Source of the DNA: an uncultured Peptococcaceae bacterium
GTDB lineage: Bacteria > Bacillota > Dehalobacteriia > UBA4068 > UBA4997
Direction: 5' to 3'
NCBI GenBank assembly: GCA_965149945.1
Contig: CBCTTQ010000007.1
Span: 1,645 to 65,644 of the forward strand
DNA: 64,000 nucleotides
Numbering within the stretch: position 1 is the stretch's first letter; every line of letters begins with the position of its first letter. The position numbers and the translations under genes were made by a program. Below, piece after piece: positions 9,999 through 21,056 of this stretch. A model generated the notes under the pieces. It had not been told where the DNA came from. It saw only the letters and a program-made list of their open reading frames with translations, and searched no databases.

Positions 9999-10027
9999 TT
10001 GACTTTCTTTCTCTTTTTCGGTATAAT
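9999..10027 (+). promoter_or_regulatory. promoter of tRNA-Trp
   Basis: TTGACT, 17-nt spacer, TATAAT, ending 13 nt before the tRNA. Confidence 0.65.
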
Positions 10028-10039
10028 AGATATTGCTGT

Positions 10040-10115
10040 AGGGGTATGGCTCAATTGGTAGAGTAGTGGTCTCCAAAACCATTGGTTGTGGGTTCGAGTC
10101 CTACTGCCCCTGCCA
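10040..10115 (+). tRNA. trnW: tRNA-Trp (anticodon CCA)
   Basis: Cloverleaf folded by hand: acceptor AGGGGTA/TGCCCCT, anticodon stem GTGGT/ACCAT with loop CTCCAAA, T-arm GTGGG-TTCGAGT-CCTAC, 3' CCA encoded. Confidence 0.9.
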
Positions 10116-10116
10116 A

Positions 10117-10147
10117 AGACCTGTTCTTTTGAACAGGTCTTTTTTTG
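10117..10147 (+). terminator. rho-independent terminator after tRNA-Trp
   Basis: agacctgttc-tttt-gaacaggtct followed by a T7 run. Confidence 0.8.
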
Positions 10148-10195
10148 TTTTTTTACAGTTCTCGACCTTTTTATCAAAATGCAATAAAAGTGTAC

Positions 10196-10236
10196 TAAAA
10201 AAGCGATAAGAAAACTTATCGCTTTTTCTTTTTTCA
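10196..10236. terminator. bidirectional terminator; recA terminator on the minus strand
   Basis: gcgataag-aaaa-cttatcgc stem flanked by an A-run and a T-run. Confidence 0.65.
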
Positions 10237-10262
10237 ATTCTCCTTGTACAAAAGAAACTCTC

Positions 10263-11285
10263 TTACGCTTCTTCTTCCGCGACACCAAATTCCAATCGAT
10301 TGCTGTTAACAGAAAGCTGCAACACTTTATTTTCGATCTCTTTAGCAATATCGGGATGTTCTTTCAGATATTTTTTAGCGTTTTCTCGACCTTGACCGAT
10401 TTTTTCTCCATTATAGGAAAACCACGCTCCGCTCTTTTTAACAACATCCAAATTAACCCCTAAATCCACTAAAGTACCCTCGCGGGAAATACCTTCTCCG
10501 AAAACAATATCAAATTCGGCAATTTTGAAAGGGGGCGCCACTTTGTTTTTCACAATTTTCGCTTTGGTGCGATTACCCACACTATCGGTTCCGTGTTTCA
10601 AAGTTTCGGCTCGTCGGACATCAATGCGCACAGTCGCGTAATATTTCAAAGCACGACCACCGGGGGTCACTTCCGGATTGCCGAACATAATGCCCACTTT
10701 TTCTCGCAGCTGATTGATGAAAACAATCGAACAGCGTGTTTTGCTGACAACGCCGGTTAATTTCCGCAACGCCTGGCTCATCAAACGAGCTTGCAAACCA
10801 ACATGAGCATCTCCCATATCGCCTTCTAATTCTGCCCGAGGCACCAATGCGGCAACAGAATCCACCACAACCAAATCCACCGCGCCACTACGCACTAAAG
10901 CTTCTGCAATTTCCAAAGCCTGTTCACCAGTATCCGGCTGAGAAACCAGCAGTTCATCCAAATCTACTCCCAGATTCTTCGCGTACAAAGGATCTAAAGC
11001 ATGTTCCGCGTCAATAAACGCCGCGGTTCCACCGGCCTTTTGAGCTTCCGCCGCAATATGAAGCGCAACAGTAGTTTTCCCGGAAGATTCCGGTCCGTAA
11101 ATTTCGATGATCCGTCCCCTCGGAATTCCGCCAACACCCAAAGCAATATCCAGCGGTAAACAACCGGTAGGAATTATCTCCACAGTTTGCGCTGCCTGTT
11201 GTCCCAAGCGCATAATGGATCCCTTGCCAAAGGATTTTTCTATCTGTTTGAGAGCATTTTCCAACGCTTCATTTTTCTCCGACAT
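10263..11285 (-). CDS. recA: recombinase RecA
   Basis: 340 aa: [25 protein letters not shown]..., Walker [10 protein letters not shown]. Confidence 0.97.
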   Translation of the reverse strand: MSEKNEALENALKQIEKSFGKGSIMRLGQQAAQTVEIIPTGCLPLDIALGVGGIPRGRIIEIYGPESSGKTTVALHIAAEAQKAGGTAAFIDAEHALDPLYAKNLGVDLDELLVSQPDTGEQALEIAEALVRSGAVDLVVVDSVAALVPRAELEGDMGDAHVGLQARLMSQALRKLTGVVSKTRCSIVFINQLREKVGIMFGNPEVTPGGRALKYYATVRIDVRRAETLKHGTDSVGNRTKAKIVKNKVAPPFKIAEFDIVFGEGISREGTLVDLGVNLDVVKKSGAWFSYNGEKIGQGRENAKKYLKEHPDIAKEIENKVLQLSVNSNRLEFGVAEEEA

Positions 11286-11320
11286 AACTGCCTCCTATTC
11301 CTTTTCACTATCTATCAAAT

Positions 11321-11334
11321 CGAACATTTGTTTG
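11321..11334. promoter_or_regulatory. LexA/DinR (Cheo) box upstream of recA
   Basis: CGAACATTTGTTTG matches the CGAACRNRYGTTYC consensus at 12 of 14 positions; it lies 36 nt upstream of the recA start. Confidence 0.55.
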
Positions 11335-11404
11335 TGTTCTTATTATATTCCTTTTCTTAGGGAATTGCAATAGTTTTTCATCATTTATCAAACAAATTTT
11401 CGTT

Positions 11405-11920
11405 CTATTTTTCTTCTTCCAAATATTCCAGCGCCAAATTCCAATATCCGGCAGCATGCGTAATGTTGGAAGCCACTCGTTCATCATCCAGTGTTTTTTT
11501 GATCTGGCAAGGTACACCCATCACCAAAGAATTAGGCGGAATCACCTTTCCGGGAGGAACCAGCGCCCCTGCTCCGATAATGGAGCCGCTGCCAATCACC
11601 GCACCGTCTAAAATGATAGCGCCCATGCCGATTAGGCAATTATCCTCAATGACACAGCCATGTACGGTGGCGTTGTGCCCAATGGTCACAAAATTACCGA
11701 CCCGTACCGGGTAATCATCATCCACATGAATCACAGTGCCTTCTTGAACGCTGACACAATCACCGATGACTACTTCACTCAAATCACCGCGGATGGTAGC
11801 TTGGTGCCAAACACTGCTTTTTTGACCGATACGCACATTGCCGATAATATCTGCCGACGGTGCCACATAGGAGATCGGGCTGATTTCTGGTTTCCATTTT
11901 TTAAAACTTACAATACTCAT
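11405..11920 (-). CDS. gamma-carbonic-anhydrase-like / hexapeptide-repeat protein (PaaY/YrdA family)
   Basis: Left-handed beta-helix hexapeptide repeats (IGDCVSVQEGTVIH...IGHNATVHGCVIEDNCLIGMGAIILDGAVIG). The start was set at MSIVSF because GGAGG sits 9 nt upstream. Confidence 0.8.
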   Translation of the reverse strand: MSIVSFKKWKPEISPISYVAPSADIIGNVRIGQKSSVWHQATIRGDLSEVVIGDCVSVQEGTVIHVDDDYPVRVGNFVTIGHNATVHGCVIEDNCLIGMGAIILDGAVIGSGSIIGAGALVPPGKVIPPNSLVMGVPCQIKKTLDDERVASNITHAAGYWNLALEYLEEEK

Positions 11921-11974
11921 TCTTTGCATCCTCCAAAATCTCTTTTTATTCGATTACACATGCATCGTGATTCT

Positions 11975-12979
11975 CTAATAGTTCCGTTTGATTACCATAT
12001 CCGCAACTTCCGTCAAAGCGCGACAATGCTTGCCCGGTTTCAAACGATTGACCTGCGCCAAGGCTTTTTCAATAAACGCATTCGCCACATCGCGGGCATA
12101 TTCCATCCCACCGTCTTCTTTCACCAGTTCAATAATAGGCATCACCAGTTTTTTATCCTCTCTACTGGATAAAATCATAGTTTTGAGTTCTTCCCGACGA
12201 GCGGAACGGCGCAAACAATCAATTACCGGCAGAGAAAGGTTTCCCTGTCTCAAATCACTGCCTACCGGTTTTCCCAGCACGCTTTCTTCCGCCGTCATAT
12301 CTAAAATATCATCCACTACCTGAAAAGCCATGCCCAAATAATAGCCGTACTGCCGCAGAGCCTCAATTTCCTCGTCAGAAGCGCCGCTCACACAGGCGCC
12401 TGTTTCACAACTGGTAGAAAACAGCAAGGCGGTTTTTCTCTCAATACGATAAAAATAATCTGATTCTTCCTGATCAACCCGATAAAAATCGGCAATCTGC
12501 CGCAACTCGCCTCTGGTCATTTCCGTCACTGTTCGCTCAATAGCGGAAATAATACGGTCGTCTTGGTATTGGGAAACCAGTTCAAATGCTTTTCCCACCA
12601 AAAAATCCCCGATAAAAATAGCGGTTTTATTACCATGAATAGAGTTGACTGTCGGAATCCCCCGTCGCTTACTGGCGCCGTCGATAATATCGTCATGGAT
12701 CAAACTGCCCGTATGGAGCAGTTCCAAACCGGCCAATAACGACAACATCTCATTTAAATCATAATGATTGGCCTGAGCAGCCAAAATAGCAAATTTCGGG
12801 CGCATTCGTTTGCCTCCGGAACGTATCAAAGGCAGCACCGATTTGGCTACCATGGGTTCTTCCGAAGTAATACATTGAAGCAAATATGTTTCAAAAAATT
12901 GCATATCCGCCCGCAGTTCATTCACATAACGATTTTTTACCAATTGCTTCATTTCATCTGTCCCAATTTTTAAAATCAA
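11975..12979 (-). CDS. polyprenyl diphosphate synthase (heptaprenyl/octaprenyl type; HepT-like)
   Basis: First Asp-rich motif LIHDDIID and second motif VVDDILD. Confidence 0.85.
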   Translation of the reverse strand: MILKIGTDEMKQLVKNRYVNELRADMQFFETYLLQCITSEEPMVAKSVLPLIRSGGKRMRPKFAILAAQANHYDLNEMLSLLAGLELLHTGSLIHDDIIDGASKRRGIPTVNSIHGNKTAIFIGDFLVGKAFELVSQYQDDRIISAIERTVTEMTRGELRQIADFYRVDQEESDYFYRIERKTALLFSTSCETGACVSGASDEEIEALRQYGYYLGMAFQVVDDILDMTAEESVLGKPVGSDLRQGNLSLPVIDCLRRSARREELKTMILSSREDKKLVMPIIELVKEDGGMEYARDVANAFIEKALAQVNRLKPGKHCRALTEVADMVIKRNY

Positions 12980-12987
12980 ACCAACCC

Positions 12988-13791
12988 TTAAGCTAAATCC
13001 GAAAGTACCTTCCTCGGCATAGGTACTGATAAGCGATTTACCAGCTTGTTCAAAACTTCACGGGCATCCCGCGCCAACGCCTCCGGCAAAGAGAGCAGAT
13101 ATTGCTCACAGTAATTGCAATAAGTATCGGCAATACCCGACTGTTCCTCGTGGTATCCGTTCAGTAAAATCCCCTGAATCACACCGACATAAAACGAAAA
13201 CGCTGTATAAACCTGGCTGGCTTCAGGATCCAGTTCACCCGCCTCCGAACCGATAATTCCGGATAAAGCGGAAAGTTCCGCATATTCTTTTTGCAGGTTA
13301 TCTACTTTTTCATCTACCGGTACATAACTGCGATCCGACCAGCTACTGCGTACCGCGCAGCCTTCATTCATCCGGCAAATCACATTTCCCATCCGTTCCA
13401 ACCATTTGGTCTGATTCTCTTTGACCAAACCTTTAATGGCTGCGGCAAACAAAAAATCTCCGATCAAAATAGGCATCCGATAACAACTCCCGTCACCTTT
13501 CTGGGGAGCATGATTATGTATAAACTGCGCCAAATAGGACATCTCGATCATGGAAGCCAAATTGACTTCCTTTTTGGTTGCCTTACCAATGACAGCGGCT
13601 GGCAATAATAGCAATGTCGGCAATAAAGCCGAATTCAGCCAGTTATCCGGCGCGATTTGTTTTTGCTCCAACAAATCTTTATACAATAAATAGTCTTCGT
13701 TTAAACGATTTTTCACCTGCAAAAGTAATTCTGACAAATTATTTTTCAATACTCTATCCCCGATCAATTTCGTATTTGCACCACAATTCAC
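12988..13791 (-). CDS. probable heptaprenyl diphosphate synthase component I-like protein
   Basis: 267 aa located immediately upstream of the polyprenyl synthase with 8-nt spacing; no DDxxD motif. The HepS assignment comes from operon context. Confidence 0.4.
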   Translation of the reverse strand: MNCGANTKLIGDRVLKNNLSELLLQVKNRLNEDYLLYKDLLEQKQIAPDNWLNSALLPTLLLLPAAVIGKATKKEVNLASMIEMSYLAQFIHNHAPQKGDGSCYRMPILIGDFLFAAAIKGLVKENQTKWLERMGNVICRMNEGCAVRSSWSDRSYVPVDEKVDNLQKEYAELSALSGIIGSEAGELDPEASQVYTAFSFYVGVIQGILLNGYHEEQSGIADTYCNYCEQYLLSLPEALARDAREVLNKLVNRLSVPMPRKVLSDLA

Positions 13792-13812
13792 ATCTTTTTC
13801 AACAATAACTTC

Positions 13813-15564
13813 TTAGTAGTTTCCCAATTGATGAGCAATATAAGATTCTACCCACGAAGCCGCTTCGTCCAAGGGCACTTCTACCACTTCTTTGGTTTTG
13901 CGAATGCGGATTTCCACCATTTTCTTTTCCAATGATTTGGCACCTACTGTAATTCGCACAGGATATCCAATTAAATCGGCGTCTTTAAATTTTACTCCGG
14001 GTCGTTCCTTGCGATCATCCAAAACCACTTCTATCCGATCATGACAAAGCTGACGATAGATATCTTCCGCCACATTCATCAGTGTCTCATCTTTACTGTT
14101 GACCGGCACCACCACTACATGATACGGTGCCACTGCCATGGGCCAGATAATACCATCTTCGTCGTTACATTGTTCAATGATCGCGGCCAGCGTCCGACCG
14201 ACACCAATACCGTAACATCCCATCACCGCAGGGATTTCCTTACCGTTTTCATCGGTATATACCGCGTGGAGAGCTTCGCTGTATTTTGTATGCAATTTAA
14301 AAATCTGCCCCACTTCAATCCCACGAGCCGTATGCAAGGTACCGCCGCAACAAGGACAGCTTTCCCCCGCGGAAACTTCCCGCAGATCCGCCACATCATC
14401 AATAACAAAATCTCCCCGGCGATAGTTCACATTGAGAATATGATATCCTTCTTCATTGGCGCCTACCACCGCGTTATACATCAGCGGAACTTCTTTATCC
14501 GCGACAATTTTCACCCCTTTGATTCCGATGGGACCAAGATATCCCACCTTGCCGCCGAATTGCTCCACTTCCGCATCTGTAGCCATCATTAATTCATTGC
14601 AGCCCATGTAGTGCTGTAATTTCACTTCATTGACTTTGCGGTCGCCGCGGATCAGCACCACAATAACTTCCTTGTCTCCTTTATAATACATGGTTTTGAT
14701 GATTTTGTGTACGGGCACACCCAAAAAAGCCGCCACATCTTCCACCGACTCACAGCCGGGAGTCGCAACTTTTTGCTGCTCCGCGAAAGCTTCTTCCGGA
14801 ACATCATCGGGAATTTTACTTTCAAATTCCACTGTCGCCGCATGATTGCAAGAGTCACAATATAAAATTTCACTTTCCCCGGAATCTGCCAGAGCCATAA
14901 ATTCATGACTGCCGCTGCCACCGATGGCGCCGCTGTCCGCTTCTACGGGACGACATTCCAATCCACAACGGTTAAAAACATTGGTATACGCCTTGTACAT
15001 CACTTTATAGCTTTGTTCCAAACCGGCTTCATCCAAATCAAAAGAATAGAGATCTTTCATGATAAACTCCCGTCCCCGCATCAAACCAAACCGTGGGCGG
15101 CGTTCATCACGAAACTTCGTTTGAATTTGATATAAACGCAAAGGAAGTTGTTTGTAAGAACGAACATCGTTGCGGAAAGTTACGGTGATGACTTCTTCAT
15201 GGGTGGGACCAAGGCAAAAATCGCGGTCGTGCCGGTCTTGCACTCGCCAAAGTTCTTTTCCGTAAACATCCCAACGCCCGGATTCTTTCCACCATTCCGC
15301 CGGTTGCAGAGCAGGCATCAATAATTCCTGACCACCCGCAGCATCCATTTCTTCCCGAATAATGGTTTCGATTTTTTTCAAAGAACGCCATGCCAACGGC
15401 AAATAAGTATAAATACCGGAAGCCACTTTCCGCATCATCCCTGCCCGCAACATCAATTTGTGACTGATAATTTCCGCTTCCGCCGGAACTTCTCGCAAAG
15501 TAGGCGCGAATAAATTACTTGCTCTCATCCGTAACAAAACCTCCTGATTCTTCTCTGTTTCCAA
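13813..15564 (-). CDS. proS: proline--tRNA ligase
   Basis: 583 aa bacterial-type ProRS with an editing domain insert. Confidence 0.95.
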   Translation of the reverse strand: METEKNQEVLLRMRASNLFAPTLREVPAEAEIISHKLMLRAGMMRKVASGIYTYLPLAWRSLKKIETIIREEMDAAGGQELLMPALQPAEWWKESGRWDVYGKELWRVQDRHDRDFCLGPTHEEVITVTFRNDVRSYKQLPLRLYQIQTKFRDERRPRFGLMRGREFIMKDLYSFDLDEAGLEQSYKVMYKAYTNVFNRCGLECRPVEADSGAIGGSGSHEFMALADSGESEILYCDSCNHAATVEFESKIPDDVPEEAFAEQQKVATPGCESVEDVAAFLGVPVHKIIKTMYYKGDKEVIVVLIRGDRKVNEVKLQHYMGCNELMMATDAEVEQFGGKVGYLGPIGIKGVKIVADKEVPLMYNAVVGANEEGYHILNVNYRRGDFVIDDVADLREVSAGESCPCCGGTLHTARGIEVGQIFKLHTKYSEALHAVYTDENGKEIPAVMGCYGIGVGRTLAAIIEQCNDEDGIIWPMAVAPYHVVVVPVNSKDETLMNVAEDIYRQLCHDRIEVVLDDRKERPGVKFKDADLIGYPVRITVGAKSLEKKMVEIRIRKTKEVVEVPLDEAASWVESYIAHQLGNY

Positions 15565-15577
15565 TATCTTAACATCT

Positions 15578-16642
15578 CTATTCTTGCATCATAGCGTACA
15601 ACCGTTTCATCAGCTCGTCCACCAATTGTTCTTGAGGGAATTTACCGATAGCTTTTCCTTTTTGGAACAACAACCCCTCTCCGTCACCGCCGGCAATCCC
15701 AATATCTGCCTCTCTGGCCTCTCCGGGACCGTTAACTACACAACCCATCACGGCAATCTTTACAGGACGAATAATGGGCAGCGATTCCACCAACCGTTCC
15801 ACCTGTTCGGCGATTTTTTCTACTTGGATTTTCGTTCTGCCGCAAGTAGGACAAACAATAAACTCAGCGCCTTGATGATACAGCCCCAAAGAACGCAAAA
15901 TCTCTTTGGCGACAAATATTTCCTCCACAGGATCCGCCGCCAGAGAAACCCGAATCGTATCTCCGATGCCCTGCGCCAACAAAGCGCCAATACCAACAGA
16001 ACTTTTGATGCTGCCCCGTTTGGCGGTGCCGGCTTCAGTCACACCGATATGAAACGGATAATCAGTCACCTCGGCCAATTTTCGGTAAGCTTCCAGCATT
16101 AAGGGAACATTGGAAGCTTTCAAAGAAATTTTAATTTGATAAAAACCCTGTTCTTCCAAAATTCCCACCTGTTTCATGGCGCTTTCCACCATGGCGTCAG
16201 CGGTTACTCCTCCATATTTTTTTAAAAACTCCTTTTCCAAAGATCCCGTATTGACTCCCACCCGAATGGGAATATTTTTGGCTTTGGCAGCGGCGGCTAC
16301 TTGACGCACCCGCTCGGCGCCGCCAATATTCCCCGGATTCAGACGCAATCCCTGAACACCGGCGGCAATCGCGGCCAATGCCATCCGATAGTCAAAATGA
16401 ATATCCGCAATACTCGGCACAGGAGATTCCCGCAAAATCGCAGGAAGCGCCGCAGCGCTGGCTTCATTGGGTACCGTACACCGCACAATCTGACATCCCG
16501 CCTGTGCCAATCTACGAATTTGAGCCAAAGTAGCTTCGGCATCCGCCGTATTTGTATTGGTCATGGATTGAATGGCTACCGGCGCCTCTCCGCCGATGGG
16601 AACATCCCCTACCCAAATCTGTTTCGTTACTCTTCGCTTCAT
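15578..16642 (-). CDS. ispG: 4-hydroxy-3-methylbut-2-en-1-yl diphosphate synthase
   Basis: [30 protein letters not shown]..., with C-terminal CPTCGR and CxxNGPGE cluster ligands. The track start is GTG; ATG with RBS GGTGGAAGAA was preferred. Confidence 0.93.
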   Translation of the reverse strand: MKRRVTKQIWVGDVPIGGEAPVAIQSMTNTNTADAEATLAQIRRLAQAGCQIVRCTVPNEASAAALPAILRESPVPSIADIHFDYRMALAAIAAGVQGLRLNPGNIGGAERVRQVAAAAKAKNIPIRVGVNTGSLEKEFLKKYGGVTADAMVESAMKQVGILEEQGFYQIKISLKASNVPLMLEAYRKLAEVTDYPFHIGVTEAGTAKRGSIKSSVGIGALLAQGIGDTIRVSLAADPVEEIFVAKEILRSLGLYHQGAEFIVCPTCGRTKIQVEKIAEQVERLVESLPIIRPVKIAVMGCVVNGPGEAREADIGIAGGDGEGLLFQKGKAIGKFPQEQLVDELMKRLYAMMQE

Positions 16643-16671
16643 TTCTTCCACCTGCCTCACAACCGTTTGGC

Positions 16672-17679
16672 TTATCCTACCAAACGACCGATATCATTTA
16701 CGGTAACCACTACCATCAGCGCCATTAAAGCCACCAATCCAATGAAATGAATCATGGCCTCTTTATTAGAAGGTACCGGTTTTCTCCGAATTCCCTCGAT
16801 AGCCAAAAATACCAATCGAGAACCGTCTAATCCGGGGAAAGGCAGCAAATTAATTACTCCCAAATTTACACTGAGCATTCCCGTAAATAAAAATAACGTC
16901 ATCAGCGCTGTATCAGCGTATTCCCCGACAATAGACACCATGCCCACCGGACCGGCGATATCTACCGCCAGTTGGCCGGTGATCATCTGATAGAGGGATT
17001 GGATCAGTAACACCGTAAATTCATAGGTTTGTACAAATCCCATCTTAATGGACTGTAAAAAATTGGCCTTTTCAATATGCTGTGTAATACCAATCATCCC
17101 GTAGCCGTTTTCTTCATTATAGGTGGGAACAATGTTTGTTTCAAAATTTTGTCCGTCTCTCTCCACTTCCAGACGGAGAGTTTCCCCGGAGGCAGGCTGG
17201 ATATAGGACACCATATCATTCCAGGTGCTGACCGCGTTCCCGTCAATGGCCAAAATAATATCCCCCTCCTCCAGTCCCGCTTCATAAGCGGGGCCGTCTA
17301 CCGTCACCTCGCCGATGACAGAATCATCATCCGGCGTTCCGAAATACATAAACGCGACCATGAAAAAGAGTATGGCAAACACAAAATTCATCAAAGGACC
17401 GGCAAACACCACCGACATCCGCGCCAACACGCCTTTATTGCAAAAAGCTCTGGGATTCTGTGAGCTCTCATCTTCTCCCTCCATCTGTACATATCCGCCG
17501 ATGGGAAACAGACGAATGCTGTAACGGGTATCTTTCTTGCCCCATTGCGCCAATTTGGGTCCCATACCCAAAGAAAACTCCTTTACATAAATCCCGTTTA
17601 ATTTCGCGACAATAAAATGTCCAAACTCATGCACCAAAATCAATACGCACAAAATGATAATGGTATAAATGATATTCAT
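16672..17679 (-). CDS. rseP: RIP metalloprotease RseP/RasP (site-2 protease)
   Basis: HEFGHF zinc motif, a PDZ domain and the LDG motif. Confidence 0.92.
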   Translation of the reverse strand: MNIIYTIIILCVLILVHEFGHFIVAKLNGIYVKEFSLGMGPKLAQWGKKDTRYSIRLFPIGGYVQMEGEDESSQNPRAFCNKGVLARMSVVFAGPLMNFVFAILFFMVAFMYFGTPDDDSVIGEVTVDGPAYEAGLEEGDIILAIDGNAVSTWNDMVSYIQPASGETLRLEVERDGQNFETNIVPTYNEENGYGMIGITQHIEKANFLQSIKMGFVQTYEFTVLLIQSLYQMITGQLAVDIAGPVGMVSIVGEYADTALMTLFLFTGMLSVNLGVINLLPFPGLDGSRLVFLAIEGIRRKPVPSNKEAMIHFIGLVALMALMVVVTVNDIGRLVG

Positions 17680-17742
17680 TCGGAACCCCCTGCTCTGTTT
17701 TTTCTATACCTTTCACAAACTGTCCTTTATAAAAACATTCTT

Positions 17743-18885
17743 TTAAACCGTCTCAGCTAAGGAACGGCTCCAGCGATCAATTTCTAAAATCTCTTCAAAA
17801 TCGGGAGCGGCAACGATCTCATGCTTTGCCAACACCTTTGCTACCCCGTCAGTGATATCGTAGAATCCGATTTCATCACGGAGAAAACGCCAAACTAAGA
17901 CTTCATTGGCGCCGTTCAACACAATCGGCATCGAACCTCCTGTTTTGCCGGCTGTAATTGCCAGACCCAAAGCGGGAAATCGTTCCAAATCCGGTTCTCG
18001 GAAAGTCAACTGTTTCAACCGAGCAAAATCCAATTTTTTTAGTGGCGTTTCCCATCTTTCCGGATAAGTTAATGCGTATTGGATAGGTACTCGCATGTCG
18101 GGATATCCCAAATGTGCCAATACGGCACTGTCGCGATATTGCACCATAGAGTGGATGATACTTTCCGGATGAATCACCACCTGAATATTTTCATAAGGAA
18201 TATCAAACAACCAATGGGCTTCAATGACTTCCAATCCTTTGTTCATCAAAGTGGCGGAATCAATGGTAATTTTCGGTCCCATATTCCAAGTGGGATGTCG
18301 CAGCGCATCTGCTTTGCCCACCCGACACAATTCTTCTTTAGTCAAATTTTTGAAAGGTCCGCCGGAACAGGTCAAAATCAAACTATCGATGCCGTCATTT
18401 TCACCCATGCATTGCCAAAGAGCAGAGTGCTCACTGTCCACCGGCAAAAGCCGCACACCGTATTGTTTTACCATCCCCATTACCAAAGAACCTGCCGCTA
18501 CCAATACTTCCTTGTTAGCGAAAGCAATATCTTTGCCCGCCTCGATACCTTTGAGTACAGGGCGCAATCCTGCCAATCCGGAAATACCAGCCACCACAAT
18601 ATCTACAGACGGTTCCACCGCTACCGCCTCAATGCCTTCCCTACCGGTCAAAATGCGGCCCCGAAAACCGGCTTCTGTCAACAACGCCCGCAAATCCTGA
18701 TAGTGGGCTTCTTCAAACAAAGCGACAATTTCCGGCTGAAAAGCTATTGCTTGCTCTGCCAGCAACTGATAATTGCTGCCTGCCGCTAATGCTCTCACTC
18801 GAAAAGATTCTTGGTGCCAACGCGCCACATCTAAAGTCTGCCGTCCAATGGAACCGGTACTCCCCAAAACCGCAATATTTTTCAT
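17743..18885 (-). CDS. dxr: 1-deoxy-D-xylulose 5-phosphate reductoisomerase
   Basis: 380 aa: MKNIAVLGSTGSIGRQTLDV... Confidence 0.95.
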   Translation of the reverse strand: MKNIAVLGSTGSIGRQTLDVARWHQESFRVRALAAGSNYQLLAEQAIAFQPEIVALFEEAHYQDLRALLTEAGFRGRILTGREGIEAVAVEPSVDIVVAGISGLAGLRPVLKGIEAGKDIAFANKEVLVAAGSLVMGMVKQYGVRLLPVDSEHSALWQCMGENDGIDSLILTCSGGPFKNLTKEELCRVGKADALRHPTWNMGPKITIDSATLMNKGLEVIEAHWLFDIPYENIQVVIHPESIIHSMVQYRDSAVLAHLGYPDMRVPIQYALTYPERWETPLKKLDFARLKQLTFREPDLERFPALGLAITAGKTGGSMPIVLNGANEVLVWRFLRDEIGFYDITDGVAKVLAKHEIVAAPDFEEILEIDRWSRSLAETV

Positions 18886-18956
18886 GATCCCCTCACATTT
18901 TCCATCAAACCCAAGCGCGAACCGTATTCCAGTAATCCGACCAGGTTAAACTTCAT

Positions 18957-20147
18957 CTATGACTTAAACAATTTAAAAAATTTCTTCTTCTGTTTAACAG
19001 GTGGAGAAACCGGAGGATTCTGCCCGCCGTTGCCTTCACCTTCTGTTCGTTTTCTTTTACCCACATGATAGGATTCCAAAGCGCCCAATACAATCACCAA
19101 TACTACCGGTCCAAAGATCAGCCCCCAAGCGCCGAACAATTCCAGCCCGATATACAATGAAGCAATCGTTGCCAATGGATGCAGTCCAATGCCGTCAGCG
19201 ATCAGTTTTGGTTGAATCACATTGCGCACGCAAAGCGCCACAATATAAACGATCAGCAAGCCAATCCCCGTAGAATAATCCCCACTGACAAAACAATACA
19301 GTGACCAGGGCACAAAGACCGCCCCCGGTCCGAATACCGGCAGCAAATCCACAAATCCAACAATCAAGCCCATGACAATCACATAATCTGTACGCAAAAT
19401 CAAAAAACCAATCATGGAGATTACCGCCGTGATGGTAATCAAAATCAACTGTGCCCGCACATAGCCGAAAAATACATCAATCATACCCAAATAGGTATCC
19501 CTGGCAGCGGTTTTCATCTTTTTCGGCATAAATTTGGTCAACAGATTGACCGCCATATTTTCGTCTTTACAAAAATAGTACGTAGCAAATGCCGTCACCA
19601 ACAACATAAACAAAATTGAAGGCGCTTCCATTAACCAATCGGCAACCTGATAAATAAAATCAGTCACCATTTTCGTCAGGGTATTGCCGAAGTTCTGCAA
19701 ACTTTCCTGAACAACAGAAGGATCAATAATATCTGCCAAAGACGAAGACAAATAAAATTCTTCCAGGTAATCCAACATTCCCTGAATATCAATACCGTAG
19801 CTGGAGTTTGAAAAATCGGCCGCCAACAAATACAGTTCTTTGACCAAATGAGAAATCAGTACCGCGATGATACCGGAAATGATTAAAAAAGCAACCAGCA
19901 AAACAACGGCAACAGACGCGCCTCGATTCATCATGGTTTTTCTTTGTAACCAATTAATGGCAGGCGTCAGCAAGATTGCCAGCAGTACCGCCAAAAAGAA
20001 AGGCAAAATCAGCGGAAATATAATGGCAAACACGTGCCCTAAAATCGGCATCACATAATCGGAAAAAAGAAATACCGCCAACAATGCCAGAACAAAAATA
20101 GAAGAGATTTTCAGCCAGCGTGTCAGCTTGACATCATCAATCTTCAT
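18957..20147 (-). CDS. AI-2E family transporter (sporulation membrane protein YtvI-like)
   Basis: 396-aa polytopic membrane protein with AI-2E/PerM family topology. Confidence 0.75.
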   Translation of the reverse strand: MKIDDVKLTRWLKISSIFVLALLAVFLFSDYVMPILGHVFAIIFPLILPFFLAVLLAILLTPAINWLQRKTMMNRGASVAVVLLVAFLIISGIIAVLISHLVKELYLLAADFSNSSYGIDIQGMLDYLEEFYLSSSLADIIDPSVVQESLQNFGNTLTKMVTDFIYQVADWLMEAPSILFMLLVTAFATYYFCKDENMAVNLLTKFMPKKMKTAARDTYLGMIDVFFGYVRAQLILITITAVISMIGFLILRTDYVIVMGLIVGFVDLLPVFGPGAVFVPWSLYCFVSGDYSTGIGLLIVYIVALCVRNVIQPKLIADGIGLHPLATIASLYIGLELFGAWGLIFGPVVLVIVLGALESYHVGKRKRTEGEGNGGQNPPVSPPVKQKKKFFKLFKS

Positions 20148-20190
20148 CAGAACACCTCACGATACTATTCTCAATTCATTTATATGACAG

Positions 20191-21015
20191 CTAAAACAGT
20201 TCATTCAAATAAATCAGCAATAAATAATAGACCGTCGGAGCAACCAACAGCATACTGTCAAAGCGATCCAAAATTCCGCCATGTCCGGGAATCGTATTAC
20301 CGGAATCTTTAACACCGACCCAGCGCTTCAGCCAAGATTCCATTAAATCGCCCAATTGTCCGATGATAGAAGCGACAGCGCCTAAAATCAGTATGAACTG
20401 GATAGGATAATGCAACACCAGCTGGTTATACAGCAACACCGCCAAAATACCGAGGATTAAACCACCGACAGCGCCCTCCCATGATTTATTGGGACTGATC
20501 GTCGGCGCCAGTTTATGTTTGCCAATAGCCCTCCCCACAAAATACGCCCCCGTATCTGTCAACCACGGGATCAGAAAAGTCATCAAAACCAACTTCCATG
20601 AATGATCAATTTGCCAAATGCCCAGCAATGAGGAAAGAGACCAGGCAATCAACACAATTCCGGCAATACCGTAAAGGAGACTTTCAAAGGGAGCCTCTCG
20701 AATCAAGACCCAAAGCAACAACAAAATAACAGCCAACAATAATGCCAAACTTCCAAAAACGCTGTCAGCAAAAATTTGCAGTCCGACTAATATGACCGCC
20801 GCCAAAAGCAAAATCCAAAAAGGCAAAGAAATTTCCTTTTTTTCTAACAACTTGCAATATTCTCTCAACCCCAAAGCGATGATGAGCAATACACCGGCAA
20901 ACCAAAACCAACTGCCCAGCCACATTAAAATCAATAGCAACGGCACAAACACACAGGCGCTGGCCACTCTTTTCCAAAGCATAACACCGCATCCTTTCTC
21001 CCACACCAATCCCAT
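20191..21015 (-). CDS. cdsA: phosphatidate cytidylyltransferase
   Basis: C-terminal signature KRWVGVKDSGNTIPGHGGILDRFDS; the start codon is uncertain (Met at aa 12 is possible). Confidence 0.9.
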   Translation of the reverse strand: MGLVWEKGCGVMLWKRVASACVFVPLLLILMWLGSWFWFAGVLLIIALGLREYCKLLEKKEISLPFWILLLAAVILVGLQIFADSVFGSLALLLAVILLLLWVLIREAPFESLLYGIAGIVLIAWSLSSLLGIWQIDHSWKLVLMTFLIPWLTDTGAYFVGRAIGKHKLAPTISPNKSWEGAVGGLILGILAVLLYNQLVLHYPIQFILILGAVASIIGQLGDLMESWLKRWVGVKDSGNTIPGHGGILDRFDSMLLVAPTVYYLLLIYLNELF

Positions 21016-21056
21016 CTTTTATAGTATTGCCACCGCGTCCCGATTCCATAACGGTT

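Noticed and set aside
9947-10348. 133-aa minus-strand ORF spanning tRNA-Trp, its terminator and the recA 3' end
   Set aside because: It overlaps a tRNA, two terminators and recA; non-coding.
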